From NCBI GenBank assembly GCA_963760795.1, contig CAVXEP010000020.1, positions 161,807 through 225,806 of the forward strand: DNA of 64,000 bases, read 5' to 3'. The notes under the pieces are model-generated. The model saw only the letters and a list, made by a program, of their open reading frames with translations, made no database searches and had not been told where the DNA came from. Position 1 is the first letter of the stretch, and every line of letters begins with the position of its first letter. The position numbers and the translations under genes are program-made. The stretch is from an uncultured delta proteobacterium. GTDB lineage: Bacteria; Desulfobacterota; Binatia; UBA9968. This document shows, piece by piece, positions 20,327-31,229 of this stretch.

Positions 20327-21457
20327 TTAACCCCAAACTCGTCGCGCCGTTTCGAGCATGACATCGAGCTTACGAAACTGCTCGTCCTCGCTCAGCAGGT
20401 TGCCGCGAATGCTCGAGGCAAAACCGCACTGCGGGCTCAGCGCCAGCTGGTCCAACGGCAGAAAGCGCGCCGCGTCATCGATCCGATGACACAATTCGTC
20501 CACCGTCTCGACCCGGCCAAGTTTGGTCGTAATCAAACCCAGCACCGCGATTTTTCCCTTGGGAACAAACCGCAGCGGCTCGAAGCCGCCGGCGCGCGCC
20601 GTGTCGTATTCCAACAGCAAACGTTGATGATTGAGACCGTTGAATAGTTTCTCGGCGATGGCGTCGTACTTTCCTTCGCGATGCCACATGCTTTGCCGGT
20701 TGCCTCGGCAAATATGGATGCCAAAAGTCACTCCAGGAAAATTCGCAATCACTTCATTGTCGGCGCCAATGGAGCGCTCCATAATCGCCATCGGCTCCTC
20801 GCCTCGGGCGCGCATCGCGGCAATGGAATCTGCGTCGACATAGGCGGTGTAGCCGGGGCCGTCTATCCCGACGTAACGGCAGCCGGCTTGGGTTAACTCA
20901 CCAAGCATCTCGCGCTCCACCGAAACCACATCGCGCAAAAATTCATCGGTCGATGGATACACCGCTTTCGACGCCTCGCTATCGTAGCACTGCTGAATTC
21001 GATCCGGGCCGATCAACGTCACTTTCACCGGCCGGTCGGTTAATTTCTGGGCAAAGCGAAAATCGTCGGCCAAGGTATTGCGAATCAACTTTAACGGCGC
21101 GGTGACCCGCTTGCGATTGAGCAGGATCGGATCTTGGCCTTTATGCGTGCCTTCCTTGCCTTCATCTTTGCGCGCCAAGATGTCGTGATAGGTGCGCGCT
21201 CCCGCTTGCCATTCCTCGACACCGGCGACCACGGCAAATGACTCCATGAAGCTGGTGCGGCGAAACTCGCCGTCGACGACGATCGGTAGATCATGCGCCG
21301 CTTGTTTGGCGACGACATCTTCAATCGCCGCGTCCTGTGCGCTGGCTAAATCAGCCTCGCTCGCTTTACCCTGGCCGTAGTCCGAAAAGGCCTGTTTAAG
21401 TTTTTCCGGTCGCAGTAAGCTGCCGACCAAGTCTACTCGCAGTGAATTCAGATCCAC
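20327..21457 (-). CDS. Cobalamin-independent methionine synthase II family protein (MetE C-terminal-domain-only)
   Basis: VGSLLRP, DGEFRR; Zn ligands HICRGN, LEYD and LSPQCGFAS. Confidence 0.9.
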   Translation of the reverse strand: MDLNSLRVDLVGSLLRPEKLKQAFSDYGQGKASEADLASAQDAAIEDVVAKQAAHDLPIVVDGEFRRTSFMESFAVVAGVEEWQAGARTYHDILARKDEGKEGTHKGQDPILLNRKRVTAPLKLIRNTLADDFRFAQKLTDRPVKVTLIGPDRIQQCYDSEASKAVYPSTDEFLRDVVSVEREMLGELTQAGCRYVGIDGPGYTAYVDADSIAAMRARGEEPMAIMERSIGADNEVIANFPGVTFGIHICRGNRQSMWHREGKYDAIAEKLFNGLNHQRLLLEYDTARAGGFEPLRFVPKGKIAVLGLITTKLGRVETVDELCHRIDDAARFLPLDQLALSPQCGFASSIRGNLLSEDEQFRKLDVMLETARRVWG

Positions 21458-21490
21458 TCGTTTCCCTTTCTGCGTATATCGTTAACCAAG

Positions 21491-21565
21491 AGGGCGGGTT
21501 TAAAACCCGTCCCAATATCCCGACCTCTTGGAATTTATCTTGCGCCCTTTGCGCCTTTGCGGTTG
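21491..21565. repeat. Partial composite element (REP hairpin + TTTGCG 9-mer module)
   Basis: AGGGCGGGTTTAAAACCCGTCCC followed by tcttgcgcc ctttgcgc ctttgcgg. Confidence 0.65.
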
Positions 21566-21590
21566 ATACTTTGAATCTGCAAACCGTCGA

Positions 21591-22574
21591 TCACCCCAAT
21601 TCCTTGATCGCCTGCTGCAAATAACTCTGGTCGATATATTTGAACGGTTGCGGCGCCGCGTCTTTGGTCTGTTCGGCATAAATCTGCATGGTGATTTTCA
21701 AGCCTTCGAGGTCAATCTCCGCGTTGGGATGCCAGATGCGATTGGCGATGTAATATTCCCATCCGCGGCGCGCCAGGTCAGGCTTGAGCGGCATCTCCTT
21801 GGCAAGAAAATCGATGGCCGCCTCTTTGTTGGCGTAGAGCCAGCGATGCGTGCGCACCGTCGCTTTCAGATAACGCACCAAGAGCCCACGGTTTTTCTCC
21901 GCCCAGATTCGTTTTCCGGCGATCACGGAAAGTTGATAGTTAGGAAAGTAATCCTTGAAATAGCCGAGGATATTAAAGCCTTGCTGCTCCGCAGTGTAAT
22001 CGAGCGGCACGACCAGATAGGTTGCGCCGATCTGCCCTGAAGTCAGCGCTGCCAGATTAAAGCTGCCGCCGCCCACCGAAAGCAACTTGTAATCCGCCGG
22101 ATACTCCAAGCCATGCTGCTTGAGTATGCGCTTTAAAACATTGGTCGCCCCCGACGTCAGTACTTGCACGCCGATGGTCGCGCCGCGCAGCTCTTTGAGC
22201 GATTTGTATTGTTTCGACGCGACAATCGCTTGAGTCAGGCCGTTGACCACGCCGCTCACTGCGACCAAATCGGCGCTGCCGGCGGCTGTGCCGATGGTGA
22301 AATCGGTCGAACCCAACGCCAGATACAACGACTCACTGGCCAACGCTTGTATGGTAATCGTCGTACCGCGCAACAAGACCGGCTGGACATCCAAGCCGAC
22401 CTCATCGAAGAAACCTTTCTTCACTCCGAGCCAAAACATGTTGGTGCCCACCGTCTTGGTGCCGACACCGACGGGGAACTTAATCTTCTCCTGGCCGATC
22501 GCCACCGACGCGCCAATGATGAAAACCACCAACGCGATCGATACGCATAGGACGCGCCAATTCATTCGGGCCAT
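21591..22574 (-). CDS. ABC-type solute-binding protein, SsuA/NMT1-THI5-like
   Basis: GFFDEVGLDV, ELRGATIGV, IDQSYL; paralog of 27580..28572. Confidence 0.9.
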   Translation of the reverse strand: MARMNWRVLCVSIALVVFIIGASVAIGQEKIKFPVGVGTKTVGTNMFWLGVKKGFFDEVGLDVQPVLLRGTTITIQALASESLYLALGSTDFTIGTAAGSADLVAVSGVVNGLTQAIVASKQYKSLKELRGATIGVQVLTSGATNVLKRILKQHGLEYPADYKLLSVGGGSFNLAALTSGQIGATYLVVPLDYTAEQQGFNILGYFKDYFPNYQLSVIAGKRIWAEKNRGLLVRYLKATVRTHRWLYANKEAAIDFLAKEMPLKPDLARRGWEYYIANRIWHPNAEIDLEGLKITMQIYAEQTKDAAPQPFKYIDQSYLQQAIKELG

Positions 22575-22759
22575 CGAAGTTACCTCTCCATACAGCCGAT
22601 TCATTCGCACCATCTATTCGAAAAGCACACCATAAGTTAGAAACGAGAGACGGGTCAAGGCGAAATTCGACGCAATGCTCGAGTTTAACGGGCAAACTTG
22701 ACAGCGAGGTCACGATCATGATTTATCGAAAACAGGTCGTAGGGTGGTAAGGAACAGCG

Positions 22760-23743
22760 ATGAAAACCGGCGCAAAATCACCATTATTCATTGCGGTTTT
22801 GTTCTGCGCGTTGGCTATAACGTCCCGTGCCAACGCCCAGACTGCCAAACTGCGCGTCGCCTACACCGCTTTCGCTGGAACATTTACGGTATTGTGGGTT
22901 GGCAAGGACGCCGGCTTGTATCATAAATATGGCGCCGATATGGAACTGCTCTACATCGGCTCGAGCACCAAGTCGGTGCAGGCGCTGCTCGGCGGCGATA
23001 TCGATATTATGTACTCAGCCGCCGGCGCGGTGGTCGACGCCAATCTTGCCGGCGCCGATCTCGTCATGGTCGGCTGCCAGTACGACAAAGGCCAAACATC
23101 TTTCTTCACCACCGCTCCGCTCGCCAGCATCGGCGATCTGAAAGGCAAGGCCGTCGGCGTCACGCGTTTCGGCGCCTTCTCCGACTTCGTCGCTCGCCAG
23201 GTACTCAAGAAATATCGCTTGCAGCCGATCAAGGATGTCGCCCTGCTGCAACTCGGCGGCACCCAGGAAATTATCGCCGGCATGCAGAACAACTTAGTCC
23301 AGGGCGGCTCGATCTCGCTGCCGCTGACGTTGAATGCGCGCAAGCTGGGATTTCGTGAACTGCTCACCACCGAAACGATCGGCCTGCCCTTCGACTACGG
23401 CTGCTTCATCGTCAAGAACTCGCAGCTCAAAACCAAGCGGGAAGAGTTGAAGAAAGTTCTGCGCGCCACCATCGCCGCCTACGATCTGGCCATCGCCGAT
23501 CCGGCGTTTGCCAAGCGCACCATCGGCAAGTACACGCGCACCACCGATGGCGCGACCTTGGACGAGACCTACAAAGAGAACGTCAAGGACTACGCGCTGA
23601 GAATTCCCTACGTTTCGCTTGCCGGTCTCACTTCGATCTTGGACTTTCGCGCCGAAAGCGCCGCCGAAGTGAAAAAACTCGCCCTGGAAAAAATGTACGA
23701 CAACTCACTGCTGCAAGAAATTCAAAAAGAAACGACCAAATAA
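22760..23743 (+). CDS. ABC-type solute-binding protein, SsuA/NMT1-THI5-like
   Basis: Signal peptide ANA; GLYHKYG, DLKGKAVGVTRFG. Confidence 0.9.
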   Translation: MKTGAKSPLFIAVLFCALAITSRANAQTAKLRVAYTAFAGTFTVLWVGKDAGLYHKYGADMELLYIGSSTKSVQALLGGDIDIMYSAAGAVVDANLAGADLVMVGCQYDKGQTSFFTTAPLASIGDLKGKAVGVTRFGAFSDFVARQVLKKYRLQPIKDVALLQLGGTQEIIAGMQNNLVQGGSISLPLTLNARKLGFRELLTTETIGLPFDYGCFIVKNSQLKTKREELKKVLRATIAAYDLAIADPAFAKRTIGKYTRTTDGATLDETYKENVKDYALRIPYVSLAGLTSILDFRAESAAEVKKLALEKMYDNSLLQEIQKETTK

Positions 23744-23753
23744 GGATGACACC

Positions 23754-24845
23754 ATGAAACTCGGACTCTTCGACCACATGCAGAAACATGACCACCCGGC
23801 GCGCACCTACGTCGACCTGTATCGCAACCATCTCGACGTTTTAGAATTCGCCGACCAGGCCGGCATGGATTTTTACTTTGTCGCCGAGCACCACTTCGAC
23901 ATGGGTTTTTCCGAATGCCCAAGTCCCGGCAGTTTCCTCGGCGCGGCGTCGCAACGGACCAAGAATATTCGCATGGGCCCGCTCGTCTACGTCCTGCCCT
24001 TGTGGCATCCGGTGCGGGTCGCCGAAGAGGCCGCGCTGCTCGACAATCTCATGAACGGCCGCTTGGAGTGCGGCATCGGCGCCGGCATCGGCCCGTTTTC
24101 CTTCGAAGCTTACAACGTGGACTGGGATTCGAAACGCGAGATGACGCTGGAAGCCTTGCAAATCATCAAAGGCATCTGGACCCACGAGACCTTCAGCTTC
24201 GAAGGCAAATATTTCAAATGCAAAGATGTCGACTCCAGCATCCCGCTAGTGCAGAAACCCCATCCGCCGCTGTGGATGCCGACGCGTAGCAAAGAGTCCA
24301 TCGAAGAAGCCGCATCCACCGGCGTGAGCACCGTGCAGTGGGTGCCCTCCGGCATGAAAGCGACGCGCACGGCCTTCGACGCATACCGCGAAGTCTATCA
24401 GCGCGCCAAGCCGTCAGGACGCAAGCCGCATATGGGGCTGATGCGCGAGATCTATGTCGCCGAGAGCGACAAACAAGCGCGCGCCGACGGCGAGTATCAT
24501 TGGAAAAACTTCTGGGAGCGGCGCGGCGGCGCGCGCACCTACGGCGCCCACGGCACCACCGGGTTGACGACGATCCTCGACGGCAGCCGGCGCCAGCAGT
24601 TGATGGACATGGATCACTCCATCGCCGAAGGCTCGTTTATCTGCGGCTCGCCGGACACCGTGGTGCAGCAAATCAAGTCGATTGCCAACCAAGCCGGCGG
24701 CGACACCTTTCTCGGTGAATTTACTTTCGGGGAGCTAACTCAGAAGCAAGCGCTCAATTCGCTCCGGCTATTTACCGAGCAGGTTATGCCGGAGTTGAGA
24801 AAGTTTGAAGTCGATGCGCTGAATTTTCCAAGAGCGGACGCGTAG
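23754..24845 (+). CDS. LLM-class flavin-dependent oxidoreductase
   Basis: AEHHF, GRLECGIGAG, VQKPHPPLW, GSPDTV, FTEQVMP. Confidence 0.92.
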   Translation: MKLGLFDHMQKHDHPARTYVDLYRNHLDVLEFADQAGMDFYFVAEHHFDMGFSECPSPGSFLGAASQRTKNIRMGPLVYVLPLWHPVRVAEEAALLDNLMNGRLECGIGAGIGPFSFEAYNVDWDSKREMTLEALQIIKGIWTHETFSFEGKYFKCKDVDSSIPLVQKPHPPLWMPTRSKESIEEAASTGVSTVQWVPSGMKATRTAFDAYREVYQRAKPSGRKPHMGLMREIYVAESDKQARADGEYHWKNFWERRGGARTYGAHGTTGLTTILDGSRRQQLMDMDHSIAEGSFICGSPDTVVQQIKSIANQAGGDTFLGEFTFGELTQKQALNSLRLFTEQVMPELRKFEVDALNFPRADA

Positions 24846-24913
24846 GGGCGACCGACAGATCGCCCGCCCTTCGCCTCCTCCCTTGGCGTCCTTTGCGCGC
24901 TTTGCGCGAGAAA
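24842..24913. repeat. GTAG-type REP-like hairpin + TTTGCG 9-mer module
   Basis: GTAGGGGCGACCgacaGATCGCCC, then ccttggcgt cctttgcgc gctttgcgc gag. Confidence 0.6.
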
Positions 24914-24924
24914 TTTCGATTCCG

Positions 24925-27076
24925 TCACTCGCCAAACAACTCTTTAACCAGAAACGCATAGGTCAGCGCCGACATGTAAGCGAGCTGGCGGTTGTCCGCC
25001 GCGCCGCCGTGACCGCCTTCGATGTTTTCATAGTACAGCACGTCATGGCCCTGCGCCTTCATCTTGGCGAACATTTTACGCGCGTGTCCCGGATGGACCC
25101 GGTCATCGCGCGTCGACGTGGTGAACAGCACCCGCGGATATTTCTTCTCGACAACGACATTATGATAGGGCGAATATTTTGCGATATACGCCCAGTCTTC
25201 TACTTTGTCCGGATCGCCATACTCATCGACCCAACTGGCGCCGGCCAATAATTTGCTATAGCGGCGCATGTCGAGCAGCGGCACCTGGCAAACAACCGCT
25301 TTGAATAAATCCGGCCGCTGCGTCAGCGCCACACCCACCAGCAAACCGCCATTGGAACCGCCCTGGATGCCGAGATGCTGCGGCGAGGTCACTTTGCGCG
25401 CGATCAAGTCCTCGGCCACGGCGATGAAGTCATCGTAGGCGCGCTGGCGGTTTTCCTTGCGCGCCGCGTAGTGCCAGTTGGGGCCGAACTCGCCGCCGCC
25501 GCGAATGTTCGCCAGCACGTAGACGCCGCCGCGCTCCAGCCAGGCCGCGCCGAGAGTGCCGCTATAAAACGGCAACTGCGACACGTTGAAGCCGCCATAG
25601 CCGTAGAGCAGCGCCGGAGCTTCTGCCGTTCGTCTCCAGCTCCTTTACGGCTCACCTGAAAGTAGGGAATCTTAGTGCCATCTTTCGATACCGCCTCATG
25701 CTGGCTGATCGCCAAGCCATCGGCGCTGAAAAATGCCGGCAAGCTTTTTAGCTTTTCCTCGGTCGGCGCGCCGACTCTGCCGAGAACCAGACTCGACGGC
25801 GTCAAGAAGTCGGTTAGGCTCATGAAGTAATCGTCCGAGGCATCATCATCGGAATGGGCATCGACGCCGCGCACGCGCACCGAACCGAAAGCTGGAGTCG
25901 CCAATTGCTGGCGCTGCCATTGCCCGTCAGCGCGCTTGAGGGCGTAAACTTTGCTGCGCACATTGTCCAGCTCGTTGAGAATCAAGAAATTCTTCGTCTG
26001 ACTCGTGCTCGCCAACGCTTTGCGCTCGCTCGGTTCAAAAAGGACCGCGAACTCGCGCTCGCCGCGCAGATAGGCTGCAAAATCGCCGGCAAGCAGTGCT
26101 CCGGCTGGATAAGATTTTCCCGCCAACGCTCCAGTCCGAGCGCAGCCGCAAAAGTATCTGATCGGTGAAGGTCTCGACCCGTGCGTCGGCCGGTTTGTCG
26201 ATTCGAACCCACTCGTCGCCGCGGCGAATCCATAACTCATTGGTGAAAAATGTCATGCCGCGCGAAATAAGTTCATATATCCGGCCGTGGTCATGCACCA
26301 CCGATGCCGCCACGCTGACGTCTTCAACTTGGCCCTCGAAAACTGTCTTGGCCGCACCCAGCGCCGTGCCACGCTGCCATTCTTTAACGATGCGCGGATA
26401 ACCGGAACTGGTCAGAGAGCCGGAACCGAAGTCGGTGCCGACGTAAAGCGCATCACGATTGCGCCAAGCCACCCGGCTCTTCGCCTCCGGCAGTGTAAAT
26501 CCGTCAACGACGAAATCTTTCTTGACCAGATCGAACTCGCGCATGACCGCGGCATCGGCGCCGCCGCGCGAAAGAAATAGCAGCGCGCGATCATGGCTTG
26601 GCTGCAAGATATCGGCGCCCTTCCAGACCCAGTTCTCTTTCTCTGACGCCGCGAGCCGATCGAGATCGAGGACGATCTCCCAGGCGGGTTCGGCCTTGCG
26701 ATACTCCGCCAAGCGTGGTCCGCCGCCAAACCCCGCGCACCTGCCGCTCATCGCGCCAAAAGTTGTAAAAATACGCGCCATGCTTGGTGACGTTGGCAAT
26801 GCGCTCGTTGGATTCGTAGATCGCCAATAAACGCCTGCGCAGGCCGTCGAAATCCGCGGCGCCTTCCAGTTCGCCCGTGCTCGCCGCGTTGTGCGCGCGC
26901 ACCCAGGTTAAGGCGCGTTCGCCGCCGACATCTTCGAGCCACAGATAAGGATCTTCGTCCGCTTGGCCAGCGGTTGGCAAGATAACTTGGGATGAACTCA
27001 TGGTTGTTTTCGCGAAGGCATAGAGAATCGCGACGCTAACGAGTAAAACTCCGACATAACGCACCACGCTCCGCAT
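24925..27076 (-). CDS. Prolyl oligopeptidase (S9A), exported (apparent frameshifts ~26712, ~26116, ~25625)
   Basis: DPYLWLE, SKDGTKIPYF, ANIRGGGEFG, GGSNGGLL, DDRVHP and GGHG spread over four consecutive ORFs. Confidence 0.9.
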
Positions 27077-27200
27077 AATTGATAACAATACCCAGTCAAT
27101 AGGCAGGCAAGCTGTAACCTACGCTAGCGCCGGAAAGCGTCTCCCGCGTAAATCGCACGCGGTCGTTGCTATCTCATCGATCAACACCACGGCGCGTCGA

Positions 27201-27572
27201 TCAGCCGTCGGACAGTTTCTTCGGCCGAATCACCGCGCGCCGGTGCTTGCCCGCGCCGATTTTTACGCCGGCATCGTTGATCGCGGACACAGCATAGCGA
27301 ATCTTGTTGCCGTCGATCTCCAAGATTTCCGCCGTGACGGTTACGCTTTGGCCGATCTTGGTCGGCGCCAGGTGGTGCACGTCGACATGCATGCCGACGC
27401 TGTTTTCGCCTTCGTCCAAATAGGGCGCGGTCAGCCGCACGCAAGTTCCTTCCATCAGGCCGATCATCGCCGGCGTCGAGAAAACATCGGCGGTCAATTG
27501 CGTAGCGCGCATGCGCTCGGTGGTTTCGTAGGTTTGTGTATGTGTCAGTCCGGGTTTGAGACCATCTTTCAT
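27201..27572 (-). CDS. Fluoroacetyl-CoA thioesterase (FlK)-like hot-dog fold thioesterase
   Basis: VFSTPAMIGLME, SVG..VDVHHLAPT, GKHRRAVI. Confidence 0.88.
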   Translation of the reverse strand: MKDGLKPGLTHTQTYETTERMRATQLTADVFSTPAMIGLMEGTCVRLTAPYLDEGENSVGMHVDVHHLAPTKIGQSVTVTAEILEIDGNKIRYAVSAINDAGVKIGAGKHRRAVIRPKKLSDG

Positions 27573-27579
27573 AACCGTC

Positions 27580-28572
27580 TCACAAGTCCTTCAGTGCCTG
27601 CTGTAAATAGCGACCATCGATAAACTTCACGGCGTCCTGTGGTACTTGTTTAGTCTCTTCGGCAAGGATTTCCAATGCCAGCTTCATGCCGTCGAGGTTG
27701 AGCTCGAGATTCGGATGCCAAATCCGGTTCGCCGTATAATATTCCCAACCCTTGCGCGCCAGCTCCGGTGACATTTGTATTTCCTTGGCGAAGAAATCGC
27801 TCGCCGCCTCTTTGTTGGCATAGAGCCAACGGTTGGCGCGCAAGGCAGCGCGCAGGAAGCGCACCAGCAGCGCGCGGTTTTTCTCCGCCCAGCCGCGCTT
27901 CACCGCCATCACCGTCAACTGATAGTTGGGATAGTAGTCTTTATAGTAGCCGAGCACGTTCATGCCCTGCTCTTCGGCGGTGAAAACCAATGGCACGACG
28001 AGAAATGCCGCCGCGACCTGACCGGAACTGAGCGCCGCGAGATTGAAGTTGCCACCGCCCACCGCCAAGAGTTTGTAATCGGCGGGATAATCCAGGCCGT
28101 GCTTCTTGAAGATGCGCTTGAGCACCGTGGTCGCGCCCGAGGCCAGCGACTGCACGCCAATGGTCGTGCCGCGCAGTTCTTTGAAGCTTTTATATTTCTT
28201 GCCGGCGACAATGGCTTGGGTCAAACCGTTGATGACACCGGCGACGCTCACGAGATCGGCACCGCCCACTGCCGCGCTGACCATTGCGTCGGCGGAACCC
28301 AGGGTCATGAAAAGCGACTCGCCGACCAGCGCCTGCACCGCCACCGGCGTACCGCGCAACAGCACCGGCTGAACATCGAGGCCGGCTTCTTCAAAAAAGC
28401 CTTTCTTAGTGGCGAGCCAGATCAGACCGGTGCCGAGGGTTTTGGTGCCGACGCCGACGGGGAACTTGATCCGCTCCTGAGCGCTGACAAATCCCGCCGT
28501 GAGCAATATTAAAATCGCACTGCCGATCAGGGCGAGAGACCAACAGACCCGCGTTACGTGCTTCGGCTTCAC
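27580..28572 (-). CDS. ABC-type solute-binding protein, SsuA/NMT1-THI5-like
   Basis: GFFEEAGLDVQPV, ELRGTTIGV; paralog of 21591..22574. Confidence 0.9.
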   Translation of the reverse strand: MKPKHVTRVCWSLALIGSAILILLTAGFVSAQERIKFPVGVGTKTLGTGLIWLATKKGFFEEAGLDVQPVLLRGTPVAVQALVGESLFMTLGSADAMVSAAVGGADLVSVAGVINGLTQAIVAGKKYKSFKELRGTTIGVQSLASGATTVLKRIFKKHGLDYPADYKLLAVGGGNFNLAALSSGQVAAAFLVVPLVFTAEEQGMNVLGYYKDYYPNYQLTVMAVKRGWAEKNRALLVRFLRAALRANRWLYANKEAASDFFAKEIQMSPELARKGWEYYTANRIWHPNLELNLDGMKLALEILAEETKQVPQDAVKFIDGRYLQQALKDL

Positions 28573-28598
28573 CCTTGGGCCACCCGCTTAGCCATGAG

Positions 28599-29361
28599 CT
28601 AGTCTCTTTTTGGAGTTAACACGATTACTTGCTTGTCGTGGTCCACCGACATTTGAAAGCGGCCGAGAAAATCGAAGCCCAAGAGACCTTCGATCCGGGG
28701 ATCGGGCGAAAAGTCATGAATGCTTATCGGCAGATTTTTCAGTTCAGCGGCGCCGACCTTCACCGATTCGACGACACCGATGTCGACCTTCACCGCACCG
28801 CCGATACCTAAACGCGATTGAGTATCGATCGCCATCAAGCCGAGAGCGCGGGCGGCTCGCTTCGATAGCACCGTCTGGCCGGCGCCGGTATCGACGATTA
28901 GATTAGCCGTCGTCGAGTTACTGCCGTTGGTGAAACTGACCGGCACCAGCATGGCATTACCGTGGAGCTTGATTGGTATCGTCACGGCGCCGCCCTCGGT
29001 GGTTTTCGCCGTGGCTGCCGGCTCACCGGAGCTCGTGGCAATCGCCGGTCCGACTGCGAAGGTTGGTTTCGGCAGAGCGCGGAAATGATCGTCGATCCTT
29101 TTCGCCGCGGCGTTATCGCTCGCCTTGATCCAACCGACATTGCCCGCCCGGCTCTTGACCATGAACCACTTCTCGCCGCCCGCGCCGGTCATCTCGGCGA
29201 TGGGCGCCAGCGTCCCGCCATCTCGAATCGACTCGACGACTTCGGAGCGATCATCAGCCGTGGTAAACAGGCGCGCTTCGCTGGTTGCTCCCGCCGCGCG
29301 CCCGTCGCGTGGTTCAACGATCGTGCTGAAGCATGACGAGAGCCAATAATAGAATTCGCAT
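28599..29361 (-). CDS. Secreted retropepsin-like (clan AA) aspartyl protease with N-terminal SH3b-like domain (apparent +1 frameshift ~29329)
   Basis: IVDTGA and GLLGFDFL motifs; SH3-like WFMVK..GNVGWI; signal peptide MRILLLALVML lies one frame off. Confidence 0.8.
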
Positions 29362-29505
29362 ATGGCCTGCATGGTGCGGCCTTAAGAATGATGGGCATTT
29401 TCGTGAAACTCCGTTTCATGGGCGTAGGATTCCAACTCTCTGCCAAAGCGATCGACTGAAGCGATTATACACCGCTTGGGAGAAAGTTGGGCGATCCATC
29501 TCTGC

Positions 29506-30828
29506 TTACGCCCCGGCCAGCTCCGGCGCCCCAGGCAATTCGGGCCGCGCCACGCCGCGCCGGTCGACAGTCAACGCCAAACAGGCGGCCACCAGCCCCA
29601 AGCAACCACCGACCAAAAAGGCGATTTGATAATCGCCAAAATGCACACGCACCCAGCCGCCGCCGATAGCCGCAGCCGCGCCGCCCAATTGGTGAAAGAC
29701 GAAGACCGTGCCGAAGATTTGCCCGACCCGTTCGGAACCGAATTTGCGCGCAATGATCGTCGTGGTCGCCGGACCGGAGGCGTACCAGTCGAGCCCGTAC
29801 AATATGGCGAACATGAACAGCCCGATGGCGTTGGATACGAACGGCAACATCAACAGCGCCGTGCCGCGCAGGCAGTAGACCACCGACAGCACTTTGCGCG
29901 GATCGATGCGGTCGACCAGATAGCCGGAAAACGTCGTGCCGATAAAACTCGCGCCGCCCATGATGCCCACCGCCGTCGCCGCGGTCATCTGCGGGATGCC
30001 GCGCTCTATGGCGTGGGGGATCAAGTGGGTGCCGATCAGACCGTTGGCGGTGACGCCACAGATAAAAAAGCAGCCGGCGAGAATCCAAAAAGTCGATGTC
30101 TGCATCACCTCGGAGATCGCCGCAAACGACATCGGGCGGATTTCGCCGCGTGCGAAACTCTTGCCGGACTTGGCATTAGCGCCCGGGCCGGAACGGTACG
30201 GCTCAAGGCCGACTTCACTGGGCCGGTCGCGCATCCAAAACCAAATTGCCGGTATCAACAAGCAGGCGGTGGCGGTAATCATCATCAGCGCATTACGCCA
30301 GCCCGCGACGACGATGACCGACATCAACAGCGGCAGAAAAACTATTTGTCCCGCGGCATTGGCGTTGGTCATGATGCCCACCGCCAGACCGCGCCGGTCG
30401 ACAAACCAGCGGCTGGCGATGCTCGCGCCAAGCGCCGGCGTGATGCCGGTGGCGATGCCGAGAACGACGCCCCAGAGCAAAATCAACTGCCAGAGCTGCT
30501 CGACATACGTCACCGCGACCAGTCCCACGGCGATGGTCGACAGACTGCCGAGTATGACGCGGCGGGCGCCGATGCGATCGATCAGCCAGCCGCCCACCGG
30601 TGCGAACAATCCGAGCAAGAGTAAATTGAGACTCGCCGCCGAAGCGATCTCCGTGCGGCTCCAACCGAACTCCGCCTCCAATGGATGGATCAGCACCGAT
30701 GGCGCCGAACGAATACCGGCGGCGGTCAGGTTAGCGAGGAAACTTAGCGCAACGACGAACCAGCCATAGTAAAACGGCAGCAGGTTCAGTATGGGCGGCG
30801 AGCGGTCCTTGGCTGGGTTCAAGTCCAT
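29506..30828 (-). CDS. MFS transporter
   Basis: About 12 TM segments; motif A GWLIDRIGARRV; paralog of 44561..45874. Confidence 0.92.
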   Translation of the reverse strand: MDLNPAKDRSPPILNLLPFYYGWFVVALSFLANLTAAGIRSAPSVLIHPLEAEFGWSRTEIASAASLNLLLLGLFAPVGGWLIDRIGARRVILGSLSTIAVGLVAVTYVEQLWQLILLWGVVLGIATGITPALGASIASRWFVDRRGLAVGIMTNANAAGQIVFLPLLMSVIVVAGWRNALMMITATACLLIPAIWFWMRDRPSEVGLEPYRSGPGANAKSGKSFARGEIRPMSFAAISEVMQTSTFWILAGCFFICGVTANGLIGTHLIPHAIERGIPQMTAATAVGIMGGASFIGTTFSGYLVDRIDPRKVLSVVYCLRGTALLMLPFVSNAIGLFMFAILYGLDWYASGPATTTIIARKFGSERVGQIFGTVFVFHQLGGAAAAIGGGWVRVHFGDYQIAFLVGGCLGLVAACLALTVDRRGVARPELPGAPELAGA

Positions 30829-31229
30829 CGCCAATCTCTAGCACAAAAGCCGGAGCGGTAGAATGGAGTAGTCCCAAACCGACGCGGGAAAAATCGCGAA
30901 TTGTGCGCCAAACAACTTGTCAAAACCGGCTCGTGAGTTAATAATTGCCTGAAAGCGACGTTTAGACAGTGGCCCAACCGAAGCGACGTTGTTTTGCCTC
31001 GCGTAGAATCGTTGTAGCGCTATAACAGCGCCGGCCTATTGCTGGCGACTAAGACAAATCCAACGAACGTGAACCAACGGCTCCCGCACCCCGCGTTTTC
31101 CCGTCCAGGACAGGGTGCTCACGCGGCGGAACATCTTTAAATGGCAATCCCTTGGCAGCCACAAGGCACTTGTCACCCATTCGAAGGGGTGATCATCGAG
31201 ACCAGCGTGCCTGCCGTGCTCCGGCGTCT

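Noticed and set aside
29476-30624. Long antisense ORFs (also 6306..7298, 7589..8524, 53873..54649)
   Set aside because: Shadow ORFs opposite well-supported genes in GC-rich DNA.
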